DNA of 62,962 nt, filler included, from Lenisia limosa (lineage: Eukaryota > Protista > Breviatea): NCBI GenBank assembly GCA_001655205.1. It is 7 parts of 7 records of this genome, joined end to end, with 100 filler letters (N's around TTAATTAATTAA, not from the genome) between each part and the next. Parts side by side here need not be neighbours in the genome. Positions count along the whole stretch, not along the records: positions 1 to 27,804 come from LPNZ01008486.1; positions 27,905 to 41,935 come from LPNZ01008092.1; 5 more parts are not named here. The stretch is one strand, 5' to 3'. Positions 24,057 through 39,500 of the stretch are shown piece after piece; the stretch's first letter is position 1, and every line of letters begins with the position of its first letter. The notes beneath the pieces are model-generated. The model did not search any database, was not told the origin of the DNA, and saw nothing but the letters and a program-made list of their open reading frames with translations. The translations under genes and the position numbers were made by a program.

Positions 24057-25410
24057 ATTACAACTGTTCTCCTTATCACACTTTTCTGCCACATTGCAAG
24101 ATAATTTTTTTTTCGTTACTCAGGGAAGTTAACGTGATAATTTCACAAACGCTAGAGTGATGGGATGCAGTGCTGGCCGTGGATTTGTTTTGTTGTACAT
24201 TCAAAGTTACTCTCTTGTAATTCTTTTAATGTCTGCTCAATTACTTGTGCATATAGGCATCCTATCAATAAATAAAATACCATCAGATATTAAAGGTCGC
24301 CAATTCCCACATTTCTTAATTTTGTTAAATTATTTCATGCTTTAATGCTTCAACACCCCCCCCACACACACACACACCTTTTGTACCACCCACCTAATCA
24401 TATTGTAACAAGCGTATACTAGGTGGGACTTGAACCCATACACACTGTTGGAGTACTCAACATAAAAACAAGTTGAGTGGCACCTGAGTCTGTGCCTTTT
24501 CTATGGGTTCCCACTAATCCTTCTTAGAATACATTTTTTACAACAGAGACAATTGAAATACCTCCTATAACTAGGCAAGGACGAGTTTCAGCCTGAAAAG
24601 CCAAAATTGTACAGTGAAGAATAATAATACTGGGTTTAAAGAGTGTATCACAAACAACTTAAACATAATTAACAATAATATCATGGGTTCAACAGAAGCC
24701 CTCATCAAGACACACAAGAAATCATATCATTTCCAACCACCTCTACATAACAGGAGCTATTCCTTCATTACAGACGAGAGCCTCGTATTGCAGGGTCAGT
24801 GATGCATTGGCCTAAACAAGTGAGATAGACAATCGCAAAAGATATTCTAACACCCCACAACAGGAGTCATTGCCCCAAGAGAATGAGAGATACGCTTGAG
24901 GGGGTGGTTCATTTGTTCAACGCCCTATAGGTGGAAAAAAACAGAAAAACAATGCTTTTTAGTTCAACATTGTTGACTCACACGATAAAAACAACAAAAA
25001 GAAAGCTAAAACCAGGGGTCTTGAAACAACCCCACCCCAGAATTTTTAATGTATAAAAATTATGCAATTTTAATACTCTTGCTCCCCAAAAAAATCATAA
25101 TGGCATTTAACCTCCTGAACTATTGTGATACTCAATCATAAGAAACAGAAAATTTGAGAATGTTGAAAATAAAATCCCCACTTGTTTGTATGAAACAACC
25201 TCCATGAGAACATTCCATATCAGATACAGTTCCCTGTATTCCATCAATGTCTTGGATAGGAGAAAGACCGGTAAGATATCGATAGTTTTCGAGGATTTAT
25301 CGAGAGTCAGTTTTTTTTGGGACCGTGGGAAGCCCTAGATTGCTTACAGTATATACTAGTTTCTTTTTATAACAATTGTTCAGTTCCACTTTCTTATCCC
25401 CCCACATACC

Positions 25411-25490
25411 GCCTGGGTTTTGTTTGTTTTGTTGTTACCAACCCTCGTGTGTTGTCAACCAACAGAGTTGATTGTGGGCTTGGTTTTGTT
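25411..25490 (+). repeat. Family B dispersed repeat (partial)
   Basis: gcctgggttttgtttgttttgttgttaccaaccctcgtgtg..ccaacagagttgatt matches 55905-56020. Confidence 0.75.
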
Positions 25491-28400
25491 TTACAAGAAA
25501 AAGAGGAACAGGATTTGAAATAGCTTGCTGATACTGTGGCATTGTATATATCATATAAAATTAGCTCATATTTTCGTAAATTTCCCCAATATTCATATTG
25601 AGAAGTTTGCCAAAAAATCTAAGCCTTATAACGTGTGGTAAACTCAACTTGAAAGTAGCATTAATCAATAATCAGAAAATGTTAATATTCACATTTACCA
25701 TCGATTAGGATTGATTTTTAATTTAGGAATAGTATTTCAAGTTATCAATTCATAGTTAAACGTAAAAGAAGGAATAACCACAACTTCGTACTATTAGGGA
25801 GTGTTTTACAACATTCTCGGTCTTTAATGCAGATGCAAACTGTCCACTCTACATAAAGTTATAATTATTCATTACAGCATTATTATAATACATGAAGTGA
25901 ACAGGATAGTATAATACCATTGTATGTACTCTCTGTCTCTGAAACCGGAAGAGGGAGGGGGGGTAACACAACAAAAGAAAATCAACTCAGTGGCTAAACA
26001 TTTGATACACACGAGCTTGAAAATAACACATAAACAAATTGTCACTTGTACCACAATGAAAGAAAGTCGCTTTCGCAATGATCTCACGAGAGCAAAATTA
26101 ACCGACATACATAAGAGGTAATAAATTGTAACAACATTATGAACAAAAAGAAATACTATTAAAACGACCGGTGTAAAAAAACAATAGAAAGAGGCTAAGG
26201 TTCAAATAAGATACCATAAGCGACATCAAACTATGCACTCTGAACATACAGCTGGTTTCCAAACATAACACATAAACAGAAAAATAGAGCAAAACGCGAT
26301 ATATATATCAATAAACCAGATCAAAAGCTAAATCTTTGAGTCTAAAGGCTCTCCAAACCAAAGACGAAAAGCGAATAAAGAAGAGGCAATAGTAGAAGAA
26401 GAAGCCCACAGCCATTCTTACGGGTACACCGGGAGGGGTTAAGATTAGATTTACGGGGTAGAGATAGGTTAAGATTGAGGTGGTGGTGGGGGGTTGAAGG
26501 TACCTCTCTCCAAATAAGGCATAAGCTGACTATTTGAGGCGCAGATGAGGGTTTGAAAACAACAAAACAAAAACAGCCCAGACCAGTCGCTTCTTGTACT
26601 GTGCGGTAGATAAGGAGGAGGGTGATGTCAGATAATGATCTAATAATCAAACAATCTTATTCACCTCCAAAACTTCATTAACTTTGCCGTCAAGATCCAC
26701 ATTCTCTAAAAGTGCTCACCGGAGCAATTTTAATGTTTGAAGATTCAATATCCTCAATAATTTGGTATATTTGCTTATAATAATCAATTGTTCAGTGCAT
26801 TTAATTATAAATTGCCCTGTCATACATTGGTCGGGGGTTTTTGCTCCAACTCGGGAGAGAGGACGCATTCTTCACACCGATGTGAACACAATCCAATAGA
26901 CAGTTCATCATCGACACTCGAGATGGACTAGATGAGCCAGGCCTGGAGGTCGGCTTGCGCAAAATGCAGAAAATAGTAAGATGTGTTATGGAGAGGAATC
27001 TCTTTGTTGTATTATACATATCATATACATAGTATAATCTATAATATGATATGTATCATGTATCATGTATCATTTTGTAAATATATGAGTGGTCGTCAAA
27101 TATAATATGTATATACAGTGTATATGCAGGACCGGCTAAACCCTATAAAACCCTATATTTTTTAAAATAATTATTATTCTTTGCTTTTTAATGATTGGAA
27201 GTCCCTTTTATGTATATTTTTCGTTGTTTCCCTCTCAAAATGGGCCAGGTTTGGAAATACTACGAGGTTTTTATACGAAAAATGGGCTTTTCTCCTTTGG
27301 TTATAGGTTTGATTGGNNNNNNNNNNNNNNNNNNNNNNNNNNNNNNNNNNNNNNNNNNNNNNNNNNNNNNNNNNNNNNNNNNNNNNCACGTCAGTCATTT
27401 CTTCTTTTTATTTTGTGTTGGTGGTAGACTTAGCTTTAGCAGCACGGCGCTTGGCGTTGATTGTCAGTTCCTTGACACCTTCCACATTTTCAAAGAAAGG
27501 CTAATTAGTCAGTACAATATGTAGAAAAGAGAATTTTTCAGTAAAATGATAGAAAATGATAACACAATCGATGCAAACCTTTGGGCCGCAGGAGATACCA
27601 TGAGCAGAATCAATCCTCTTTTTTCGGATTATTGCCTCCTTGATATCACCTTCGGTAGCAACGAGTTCTCCGCACTTGAGTGAAACAGCTCTTTCACCCA
27701 AAACAAATAATGATAAATCAATCACAAAATACCCAATTCCTTCTGTGAGGATAGGTTTCGAAGCTTATTGCCTCTCGACCAGGACATAAGGCCGGCTCAT
27801 TGGGNNNNNNNNNNNNNNNNNNNNNNNNNNNNNNNNNNNNNNNNNNNNTTAATTAATTAANNNNNNNNNNNNNNNNNNNNNNNNNNNNNNNNNNNNNNNN
27901 NNNNTGCATGTGTGGAGGGTTATGTACATATGCATGTGTGGAGGGTTATGTACATATGCATGTGAGGGGATATGTGTAGCATATATGATAAACCCACATT
28001 AGATTGATGAAAAATGCGGGAATATTATCATATGAGAGGGGTGTTGAAGAAAGAAAAGAAAAACCACCAGACCTGAACTCCAGTGATGGATGCATGTCAA
28101 CCCAGGGGCGAACAACAATATGTTCTCTGAATCTGAACCCATGAATTGTGAATTAATATTACTGAGTGTGACAAAACTATTCCTCCAATAGTCCGAAAAT
28201 AGGAGATGACCTACAACAATATAGTTAATAGTATCTGACTTTTGTGAAAACTGAGAGAAGCAATAATCGTATCCCATCGGTAAATGAGAGAGTCTCCTGG
28301 ATAATAGTTGTTTTACTCAACGCAAACCTGTCAGGATAGTCAAGAGCCATGAGCATATCTTGCATGATGCGTTCAGAGGAGGAGAGTAGAGTCACAGCGT

Positions 28401-31289
28401 CTCTGAGGTGTCATTTATTAAAATGACACTGGAACGTGTTATTTGTAAGTGTTGGGGAAGTATGAAACCAGATAGCGTGTTATTATCATGTGATATGCCA
28501 TTTGAACTATTATGAAATTTGACTTGGAATGTTATTGTATAACAGGAATTAGAACTGGGATGTTTTCATGAACCAAAAGTGCCCACTTGGCGGATTTCAC
28601 TTTGAGAGCGTCCATACTGGCCATCAAAAGACTGGCAAGTTTGACATTGTCGCTCTTATCCTGTGAGGGTGAACAGGGGGGGAGGGGTAAAATTGGAAAA
28701 TTTATGTAACAAAAAGAGCCCAAANNNNNNNNNNNNNNNNNNNNNNNNNNNNNNNNNNNNNNNNNNNNNNNNNNNNNNNNNNNNNNNNNNNNNNNNNNNN
28801 NNNNNNNNNNNNNNNNNNNNNNNNNNNNNNNNNNNNNNNNNNNNNNNNNNNNNNCAAAAAAACAAAACTCAAAGGAAACACCTAATACTAACAGTGTTCT
28901 CAATCATCTCAAAGTAGCGTTTGTGAAGAAATTCTTCGGAAACTGGTGCATCTTTGGGGCTTCGGCACTGAACAATTAACTCGAATTTCCAGTCTACGCT
29001 ACGCGACGATACTCTTCGACCCATAACATTAACAACAAGCATACTGATGTTTTGATGAAGACTCCCTTGTGTTCAGGCTACACTAAATAAATCTATGGGG
29101 AAATCAGCTTGCTTGATAGATTTTAAACAAGCCTACCTCTCTCCAAAATATTTGACAAAAAAAAAAACGTTTACAACACACAGCATCACTATACTTGTTT
29201 GTGCTATTTATTTGATACTGCTTCAAAAAAACTAGATCCTCGGGTTACTGTGTATTCCACCAAGCTAATCCACTCAGGCTCAATTCTATCTCATAATTCA
29301 CCCCCCTCTGACGTCAATTTCATCAAATTTGGGCGAAATTCGCTCCACAATGGCATTGAATGCGGGCTGCAGCTCCTCTGCAAATCATTAACCAAAAAAC
29401 ATTCAATTTATAAACAAGAAGCAATATAAACATGAGTAACAATTAAATAAAGAAGGCTAACAAAAGTAGAAAGAAAAAAAGAAATAAGAAACAATAGAAA
29501 AAAATTGGCTGAATTTACAAAGATAAAGCAACCAGAAGAATTTCAAGGACACTTGCTCACCAATTGAGGCGATATCCTTGTTCTGTTTGACAATTTGGTC
29601 GTAGGCTTCAACAAAGAACTTTGCATCAGATACCTGGGTAATAGATAAAGGGAAGAAAGAACTGGAATGTAAAAATGTTTTTCGTCTTGGATGTGAGCGA
29701 TGTGATATGAAGGAGTATGAATGAATGTGAACGGGTGAAGGGAAATGAAAGAAGAAGCCAAGTCATGTGAAATGGAAATAAGAAAATGAAATTGGTACTC
29801 TTAATGACCATAAAAAGTCTGAAAATATCGACATTTTTCAAGGAATTATAAAGAAATTCAGTCTTTTTCGGACGAGGTGAAAGACTACTGCTAACCAACC
29901 AACTGTGAGAGGGATCAGAGTGGATGGAAATGTCAAATCCTTGAGAAGACCCTCCCATTCTTCAATGTTGTACTCCAAAATTTCTAAGATTGTCATTGAG
30001 AAAAAAAATACATAATATATTACTTTTTAGGTCATTTTCATATCAAATGTATACTATATATATAATTTTTATATACTATGTAATATATATGTGTGTACCA
30101 TTTTCCATTCGGTGTTATAACCACTCGGATGAGATAAACGAGTCAGTATTCCATCAAAATGGTGATTTCAAAAAAAAAAATGCAATGTGTTAATGAAATT
30201 TGTACTAAACTGTAAACACACCTTCTCCATCCTGCATAGCCTGTGTAATGGTCTCATAGGCAGCCTTAAAGTCCTCCTTTGGTGCCTCAACATGCTTCAA
30301 TGTGGTCCCTTTTGAGAGCTAGGGGAGAAATATTAGGAAGCAGAAAAAAACAACAACAATAAATTGAGAAATAATTCACATTGGATAAAATCTTAGGAAA
30401 CACATAAATCAATTGGGATTCTATGACCTTGTGAAGGTACCCAACTCAATATATCATATAATATATTTCATTATAGGGCGATTGGTTATGAAATCACATA
30501 GTATATGTACAGTATATGTTCAAAAAAAATCTGAAATTCAATACTCTTGCCGTTTAATACTTGATGTTAATCCCCTAATATAATAAACTTGGTTCCTTGA
30601 TTGCAGTGCTGATTCCCACCTGATCTAGAAATGACATTGCTCAGGGCACTGTGCGTAGCTGGAAGGTCAATATCGATCGGGTGAACCAAGGGACCAGTAA
30701 GGTGTATTATTATTTTATTGTTAATGTCGTTAGTATAATATATGTCTGATATATATAATCCAATAACTCGCTTTTGTGTGTCAACTTTTGAATGATTTTG
30801 ATTAATTATTGAAATTCAATTCTTAACTCCAATGAAATTCACAGATAGCATACACGATTGGAAACCATATTTTCATATTTATCATAATTTACATAAGATT
30901 GCAAATCATAACATGATATACAGTTGCAAAATACCTCCGCAATCTTGCAAGCAAATCTTTTTCTGAGGCGACTTTCAACACTGCTGTGGACTCGTTCTCT
31001 GATCTTGTTTTTTTGCTCTTTCTTTTTTTCAACTCTCTTTGTGTTTTATAGTTTTATTCTTGTTTGTGAATTTGACAACTTATGAATTTCGGTAAAAATT
31101 AAATTAATATAACTAATATTTGAACAAAACAACAAAATTGAATGACAACATATTTGGTGATAATTCTAGACACCTATTATATACTTATCAAATACTTATT
31201 CATTAATATTAAAATTTCCATTTTGAAAACTCCTTGAGAAAGATCTGGAAAGTAAAATCAGCAACCACAATGACACAGAGCCCTTCTCT

Positions 31290-34200
31290 CCTCTTACAGG
31301 CCTTTAACGAAGGCGAGTATGATATTCTGGCCTGGCTTCTTGAGCATAAGGAGTTCAATGGAATGGATGTGAGCGAACGTTATCTGCACCCTTCTTGCTT
31401 ATTGTTGCCTTTTGAACAGCTTCGTCTATCTACGCTTCATTATTCAATTCAAGATTTTTCTGCTTTGTTTCCAATGACACTCTGCTTTCCACATTTCATT
31501 CCCCTTTTGCGTGTTGACCACCCAGGACATTCTCAGACGAGCTATCTCAGAAGATGACTCTATGACTGCTCAAATTCTCCTTGCCCATGGTGCTGATGCG
31601 TCTTTGACTTATGGCGTGGGTGGTGACATGCTGTTTTGAGACCTATTTGACCAAGCAGGGGATTTGGACCTGGATAAGAAGATACGAAGTTTAGAGAATA
31701 AGAGAATAATTGGATGAGGATACACTGACTGCGATAAGTCCTTTCACGATTGACTGGAGATAAAGCTAAGTATACGTGTCAGGACTTATCGCAATATTTG
31801 TGTATATTGGGTGATTTAATATAATACTATAACCCAATATCACTATCAGTGATGGNNNNNNNNNNNNNNNNNNNNNNNNNNNNNNNNNNNNNNNNNNNNN
31901 NNNNNNNNNNNNNNNNNNGAGGGATTTCTACATAATATGAGAATTTTTGCTATCATTGTTGGTTCTAATGAGAAAGGAAAAAGAAATTATCGTACGATAA
32001 ACCATCGATAAATATGAACATTCTCTCTCTTTCCGGACTACAATTAAAGATGCAGGGCCTCCCGCTGACCGAGCTGTGCGACCGCGACTCTGACTGCTAC
32101 AACCTCCTTGTCGAGGCTGGTGCGCTGCAGGAGACCAAAAGAGTGGGGATCTAGGGATCTATATTAGAATCTAGGGATCTATGCACATGGAGCTACATGT
32201 ATACACACATCATATGATATACTATGATATATACAAATATATTCAAGGTGGCAATAGCTGGAACAAAAATAAGTATTATACCTGGAAAATATATTCATTG
32301 TCCCTAATTCTGAATCAATCTTGTTCGACGCTGTACCCTTTTTTCTCTCCCTACGTTTCCTCTTTTGACGTTCAGATGGCCCACAAACAGTTTGCTAAGT
32401 TGGCTGTGGATCCCGAGCAACGCAGCTACCTCCAGCATCTTCTTGTCAACCACATCGTTTCCCCCCACGAGACCGATAAGAGAGTGCGCGGTTTTAGAGA
32501 ACAGATCATATAATATATATAAGTAATCTATGGGAATATTTTATACAAGATACTTGAAACCCAAATTAGCATAGTGTATCATATATGATATGTACAAGCT
32601 GCGCTGAATTGGGTTATTATACGCCGACCGTGAGAAGTCATTACAGTGAACCTGAGCTTTATCTTTTGTCAATCGTGTTAGGACTTATGATTTCATTGAA
32701 AACAGTACAATATGTCGAACGAAATGTTGGAATATTGTATTCTACAGTTTGATGACAATACAGGGCAACAACCTTGTCTTCCACCTGATCAACCACTGCG
32801 CTCATTTCTTCCTCTCCACCGTCTTCAATGACTCCCTCGTTGTTCTCAACCACAAGGTTGGAATGGATGATTTGACCACACATTGACCACATCTTGACCA
32901 TATTTTGACCACATCTTGAATTGTGGTTTATTTTAGTGTTTTGAGTAATTCAATGAAGTTTATTTCGAAATTTTCAGTGGTACATTTTTAAACCCATTTC
33001 TGTTCTAAAAGCATCAAAAATTGTGATACAGTCGTGGTTAGTCTTGGCCAACATCCTTGAAAACCCGGTTTTTGAAGATTTGCCGACAAATTCAGTCAAT
33101 TTGGGAGCTGACATGAGAGACCGGACCTCACTATGTAATCACTAATGACGGGTTAGGGCGACACCCCCCTTTCGTATGCCATCAAGACGGGATGTGAGGA
33201 GTGCATCAGTATCATTGCAGAGGCCCAGACCGACTTCTCTATCGAAAACGAAAAGGTATTGCCACCGTCAATTATTTGGATAAGTTATTATGAAATAGAA
33301 CACCACAGAGATGATTTTGGGCTTTTTTTTTTCATACAATTTTATCCCCCCCCCCCCCNNNNNNNNNNNNNNNNNNNNNNNNNNNNNNNNNNNNNNNNNN
33401 NNNNNNNNNNNNNNNNNNNNNNNNNNNNNNNNNNNNNNNNNNNNNNNNNNNNNNNNGTCGCCCGCAACATGGTCCACAACGGAGCGTCTTTCTCCCACTC
33501 CGGTGATAATGCTATTGAGGTAGGTTTGATAATGCAATTGAGTAGGTTTGTGCAGGCGATAAAGCGTTTCGTTTCCCATTGCCATTTACTCTTTTCTCAA
33601 AATCATATTATACGGTCCAGGTCCTTTTTCATTAATCATCCCTGTGGTATAAGTACATGTACAGTATATAATTAGATAGGGGACATCAACATTACCTTAC
33701 CTATCATCAACAGCATTAACCAACAAAAACCATCCACATCCACATCATTGTTGTCTTCATCTCGCACCTCCTCTTGTATCCCCATAATCATACAGGATGA
33801 GCATCTCTTTGGCCAGGTTCTTGAGGCTGGAGAGTCCGAGCTTGCTCTGAGAATGATCAAGTCTGGCATTGCGGATGTTGTGGAGAAGGTAGGCAAGACG
33901 AAAAAAGGGGGGTCTGTTGCAGATATCAACTACCTCCCACTCCCTTCCCAAAATCTTGGGCTTTTTTGTTTTCGTTTTCGTAACATGGCCTTCCGTACGC
34001 TGCAGTGATGGGATGCGGTGCTGCNNNNNNNNNNNNNNNNNNNNNNNNNNNNNNNNNNNNNNNNNNNNNNNNNNNNNNNNNNNNNNNNNNNNNNNNNNNN
34101 NNNNNNNNNTTTACCCCCCTCTCAGGCCAACACGGAGTACCTGAGCCTGGCTGTTGAGAACTGTAATGAGAAGGTGTGCCTCACCCTCCTTGCCCACGGC

Positions 34201-35660
34201 TTCCACCCCGACACCAAGGATGACGCTGTGGGGGGTATAGAGCCTCCTTTTGGTCCGAAAAAGACCGGTTCAGAGCAGGTACCACCTTTTTGTAATACTA
34301 TATTTCTATCGCATATTATTTCAGCAATATTTAACCCAATAGGTTCGTGAATTCCTTGACGTAGTGGCGAGTAGTGATTATGAGGTTAGACTGATGGGTT
34401 TTTTTTTTTGGTTTTTTGGGGCACTGTGGCTCATTTTCATGAAATAAAGAAAATCTAGGAATAAAGAAATTCATCGGGTTACCATAAACCAAAATAATAC
34501 ACTCTACTCGCACCTCGGTGATCAAACTCATTGTACTGAACTCGGCCTGGGTTATAATTACTATTTTCTCCTGGAGTGCTTCATTGCCTTCTCATAGAGC
34601 AGTTTGAACCGGAGGGTGAAGACGACCAAGTAGAGAGCAGAAAGCGTCCATATGGGTGGGGGGGTCCAACAACGACAGATTGCATTTTTTTTTTTGTTGT
34701 TTTACGTTAACTCTGAGCTCTTTTTTGTTTCAGAAATTTTTCAACTGTTCTCCCCCATATCTCTAGCGATAGTGGACGCTTTCGACGTGATACTTCCTTT
34801 TTTCAACCTTAGAAACCATACTATATTGCTTTAGAGGATTTTTATCGATAAATTGTCTTTTAAACCTAATATATAAATTTTTATGATGCTGAGAATAATT
34901 CGGCTATAGTGAGGATGACGAGATTATGTTGGACGTGGGCGATGTGGTGTACTTCAATCGGGACGACAAGAGGAAGAAAAGCCGTATGCGGTGTTGTCAG
35001 TGATATCAGGGATTATTATTTCCTTGACATAATCTTTGCTCTTCTGTTGGTAGTTACACATTTTTTCATCTGGTGGTTGTATTGTTCTTTATGTTTGTGT
35101 CATTGGTGTTTTTCATCCAGATGTGTTTCTTTTTTCCAATTTTGTGCTGACTAAAACAAATAATCGAATAGTAAACCTGTTGATACTATCAATTTTCTTT
35201 TGGTATCAATCAACATGCATCGTTTTTCTCAACCCTCACCTGATGAATCTGATCTTTCAGAAGAAGAGGAGGAGGAGGATGAAGAGGAAGAGAACTTCCA
35301 TTCCGACCCCGAGGAGTTCCATTTCTTCGGCCCCGACCGGGTCCTTTACGACGAGGATGATGAGGAAGATGAAGGTGAAGAAGATTATGAAGAGGAAGAG
35401 GAGGAGGAAGAGGAGTATGAAGGTCTGTTGGTTTATGCCTTTGTTCGAACTTCTTCAGGGGAGAACTGAGTCAGCTTTTTACAAATAGTACATACCACAA
35501 CCACATTCCTTTTCTCATTGATATCATTAGTTTTACATTATATGAGGAAGTTCTCTTTGTTTCAGTTTTCCCTCAGCTGATTTTGCAGAAGCGCCACGCT
35601 CGGGTTCTCCTTTTGCCAACGCTGAGGACTACGGGTACTAAACTGCGGTACCATGTTAGA
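31290..35660 (+). CDS. Multi-exon ankyrin-repeat protein with possible SH3-like segment and acidic tract (partial, gapped)
   Basis: Exons such as ILRRAISEDDSMTAQILLAHGADAS, HPLSYAIKTGCEECISIIAE, YLSLAVENCNEKVCLTLLAHGFHPD; SEDDEIMLDVGDVVYF; E/D-rich exon 35200-35420. Confidence 0.6.
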
Positions 35661-36457
35661 TAGAGCTATGCATGTTATAATTCAAACAAGGTTTCAAATG
35701 GGAAATATGCCTCTTTTTGCGTGATTCATACAACTTTTGCCACTTTCACTTCTTTCAATTTGGATATCAGAGTCGTCTAGCATACTATTCAACAATCACT
35801 CCACCAAGTAAGATGTAGATAACTTACTTGGCAACGTGAAGTCCCATAGTTAAGTGATTTTTCTTGTGAGTTGGTCCAGAAAATAGCGGTACTGGGGGGG
35901 GGGGGGANNNNNNNNNNNNNNNNNNNNNNNNNNNNNNNNNNNNNNNNNNNNNNNNNNNNNNNNNNNNNNNNNNNNNNNNNNNNNNNNNNNNNNNNNNNNN
36001 TTCATTCTGATTTATTTGTCTTGGAACTTTATGCATAATTTCCTTGCTTTGACTTTCATAAAACACTTTTATGCTTTTTGTTATCATCAACCTGGAAAGA
36101 ATAGAATGGGAATGTATTGGGTCCTTCATACATGTACATTAGGGGTTTTCACTACAACTGCTCACTACAACTGCAAAACTTCGATTGTGAGAGTCACTTT
36201 ACGATTGAGCTTCATAACCAACTACTCTCAATCTGTACAGTAAATTACAGAAGCACGTGATCAAACAGGACCCTTAGTATTCTGAACCAAAATTCAAAAA
36301 TAGTTCCCTCTTTACGGTACTTGAAAAATGGATCCTGTACATACTTTGACTTTGTCAGGTACTCTCGAGGTGCCGGGTTTTCGTTGAATACTAGAGCATG
36401 AGTCGGCCTATTTTGAGCGGAAGATCGAGGGTCACACCGATACTCAACTGTTATCAC

Positions 36458-36559
36458 TAGGGCTTCACTTCGGTTCGAAAAAAAAGACTGAATTTCTCGA
36501 TAAATCCTCGAAAACTATCGATATTTTACTGGTCTTTTTCGAACCGAACTGAAGCCCTA
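36458..36559. mobile_element. hAT-type MITE (family A)
   Basis: TIR TAGGGCTTCACTTCGGTTCGAAAAA; 8-bp TSD gttatcac at 36450-36457 and 36560-36567. Confidence 0.92.
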
Positions 36560-39500
36560 GTTATCACCATACACAGGATAATCAATATCGATATCATATA
36601 CTACATCCCCTCACTGAAATATAAAGAGCAAACCAAAATGTTATATAACAAAAATAGAGCTTCCCTCAGTCTGAAAAAAGACCCAGACAATATCGTAACC
36701 TATCCAGGATTTATCAATAATTCTGACTGCTTTTACCACACTAGGAAGCCTTAGGGATGACAGATCCCGACATGTGGCAAAAAGCAAATATAGGAGTAAC
36801 TACTTACGGTACGGGTTTGACGGGTCTCTCAGCTGACATATCCCTGTTGGGTCAGAAGTGTTGATAAAATTATCCATTAAAAATGATATCATATTATGAT
36901 CCCCAACGCAGGTTTATAACTCCGTGCTTGAGTATTTATGATATACCATAACCGCCAGTTCTTCTTGTTAAGATCATAGATAACACACCACCCAACGCAG
37001 GTTTATAGCTTCGTGCCGGGCCAACAGCCAGGTTCGGCTGGGTACCCGGTGACGCCTCCGGATGGGAGGTGGAATCTGTCTTCTTTTGCAGCCTAGGTCG
37101 CGGTGAATTGCCTATTGCTGCAATACTTTTTGGGGTTTCGTTTCAGTTAAAACTTCTAAAACAGATTTTCAGAGAAAGAATAATTATTGAAATTTTCTGG
37201 ACAGTAAAAAATAAAACAGTTCTGCATAGAATCAGATAAAAAGGTGATACTCCCCCCTCCCCTCCCCGGAACCAGATAAAAAGCACAGCATACCACTAAC
37301 AAATAATGATAATTAGCCCTCCTCTCAAAAANNNNNNNNNNNNNNNNNNNNNNNNNNNNNNNNNNNNNNNNNNNNNNNNNNNNNNNNNNNNNNNNNNNNN
37401 NNNNNNNNNNTGGCCTCGTAATCTGACTTCAAATTCTGATTTGTAAATCATGGTGAGGAATTGGAATTGGATGTAATATTTCAGTATTTATGTTGTTATT
37501 GAATTTATGAATCTTTCATCCATCTATTCTGATAAGAAAAGAGATTAGCACCATATTGCCTACCAATATTGTCTCCGCCTGTTCATTGCATTTGGTGGTC
37601 AATGCTGATACCTCTAATCGCAGTTTCGTTTCTTCTTCTGTTGGTTCTTCAGCAGTCTGTTGACATCAATAACAGTTAATGAGAAGGACAAACTTCTCAT
37701 ACAAACGTTAATTGTAAGCTCCAATGGCAGGTAAAATTTTGCAATAAAAGACAAATCAATGAAATATATACTATAATATCATTATTAGAGCTTCCTTATT
37801 ATGAAATTAAAAACAACTTATAAGCCCGTACCGGTTTCTTCTCAGTTGTCACTGAAGGAGTCACCTCACTTACGGGGGTGGTACCAGTCTAAGTTCATCA
37901 AACTTCATTATTATTCCTGGGGCAATCTTAAAACGTTCTTTATAACAAAAAAAGAAACTGCATTAAATATGAAAAACTGAATTGGAACTACAATAAAATG
38001 ATACCGTATTGAATTTCTGAATCGTATCTTTAAGAATATGACCACTTAATACATTCTGTTTTCTCTTTACATATGTATATCACTTTGCTCTAATAAATTG
38101 AACACTGGCTCCTCATGTCGGAATTTGTACCTCTACTTTACCAATTTTATATGAAGCAAATGTCCAATTGCTTACATCAAAATGAAGCCTTGATTGGAAT
38201 AGTTTAAATTCAAGCTCATCAATGAGACCTTGAAGTTGAGAACAAATGAACAGCTTAAAAAGAACTAGGTGCAATGGCCAAAAAAGTCTGACCTTCTTTC
38301 GGTACCATTTCCCCTTAAATAAAGGAAACAGACCGTTTCTCGGTTAGTGTATGTATATGAGGTGAATTTCATCTTTTAGCTGCAATTTCCACATTCTCCC
38401 TTTCCCTTCCATCAAAGTTTTAGAATGAAAAAAAGAACAGTTTTCACCCAATCTTTTTTCATCACGCATTCTGTGTGCCTCCCAGCACAATATTTCATTT
38501 GTTTTAATAACTCCATGCACACAACTTGCTTCATGCCTCCCCTTCCTACTTTGCTTTTCAGCAATTTGCTGGTTGAACAAGGTGAAATCTTGGGCCTTTT
38601 GGAGGGCGGAAAGGGTGTCTTGAAGCGATTTCTACGCAGTAAGCTGGGAGAATTCTGTTGTTGTTGGGGCTGGGGGATGCATCATCATCGTTAGATTATA
38701 TATAAAGCTCTAGAAATAAAACAACAAGATCCAAAAATAAACTCCGCTCCGAAATCGACCCAGAAAACATGATAATTATCGAGAATAAGTCTTGTTTCAG
38801 ATCCCTTGAGCACTCCCACCTCCAGCGTCCTGTTGTCATGATGTTGTCTCGTAGCGGCAGCTGTGAGTCGCGATATTTCATCACGCAAACGGAGAATTTG
38901 GGCTAAATAGTCAGGGTACAAGTGACTGCTCTGAAAAAGACTTCAGGAAACATGAAATTCAGTCTTTTTCATACAGAAAGTGAAGCGCTGGGAAATGGAA
39001 ATAAATTGAACCGGATACTGGGGTGTTCGTTTGTGAGAGAACCTTATAACAGCAAGGGTTTCTATTTATTCACCTTATCAAATAAACCACGAGAAATATA
39101 CCAATTTATTGGTCTTTTCGGATCGAAGAAAGGTCTTGTGACCCCCCCCCCCCAATTACAATCTTTTTNNNNNNNNNNNNNNNNNNNNNNNNNNNNNNNN
39201 NNNNNNNNNNNNNNNNNNNNNNNNNNNNNNNNNNNNNTCGTTCGCAGCTGGAGTATAAAACGACGAATATATCCCTTTAAGCCAGTGAATACGTTTCAGC
39301 AGAGCTGAACACTAATATCATAGTTTACGTAGCAAAATAGGACAAGTAATGAGACAACATGTATGCATATTATAAAGCCGAGTTTGTTTATCGCAAGAAG
39401 AAATAGAATGAAGGTACAAGAAACTTAACATCGGAAGACAAACCTCATCGATTTCATTGACATGGTGACTTAAAGACTCTGTTAAGTGGGCATCATGCAT

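Noticed and set aside
35200-35469. Long E/D-rich ORF
   Set aside because: Ordinary low-complexity exon of the ankyrin gene, not a separate feature.
10814-38640. UAG reassignment, suggested by in-frame TAGs in the MULE, pogo and ~38630 ORFs plus the odd eRF1
   Set aside because: No in-frame TAG in the eRF1, AP3M, VDAC or kinase exons I translated, and eRF1 ends at TAG exactly where homologues end. The TAGs in TE-like ORFs fit nonsense mutations.
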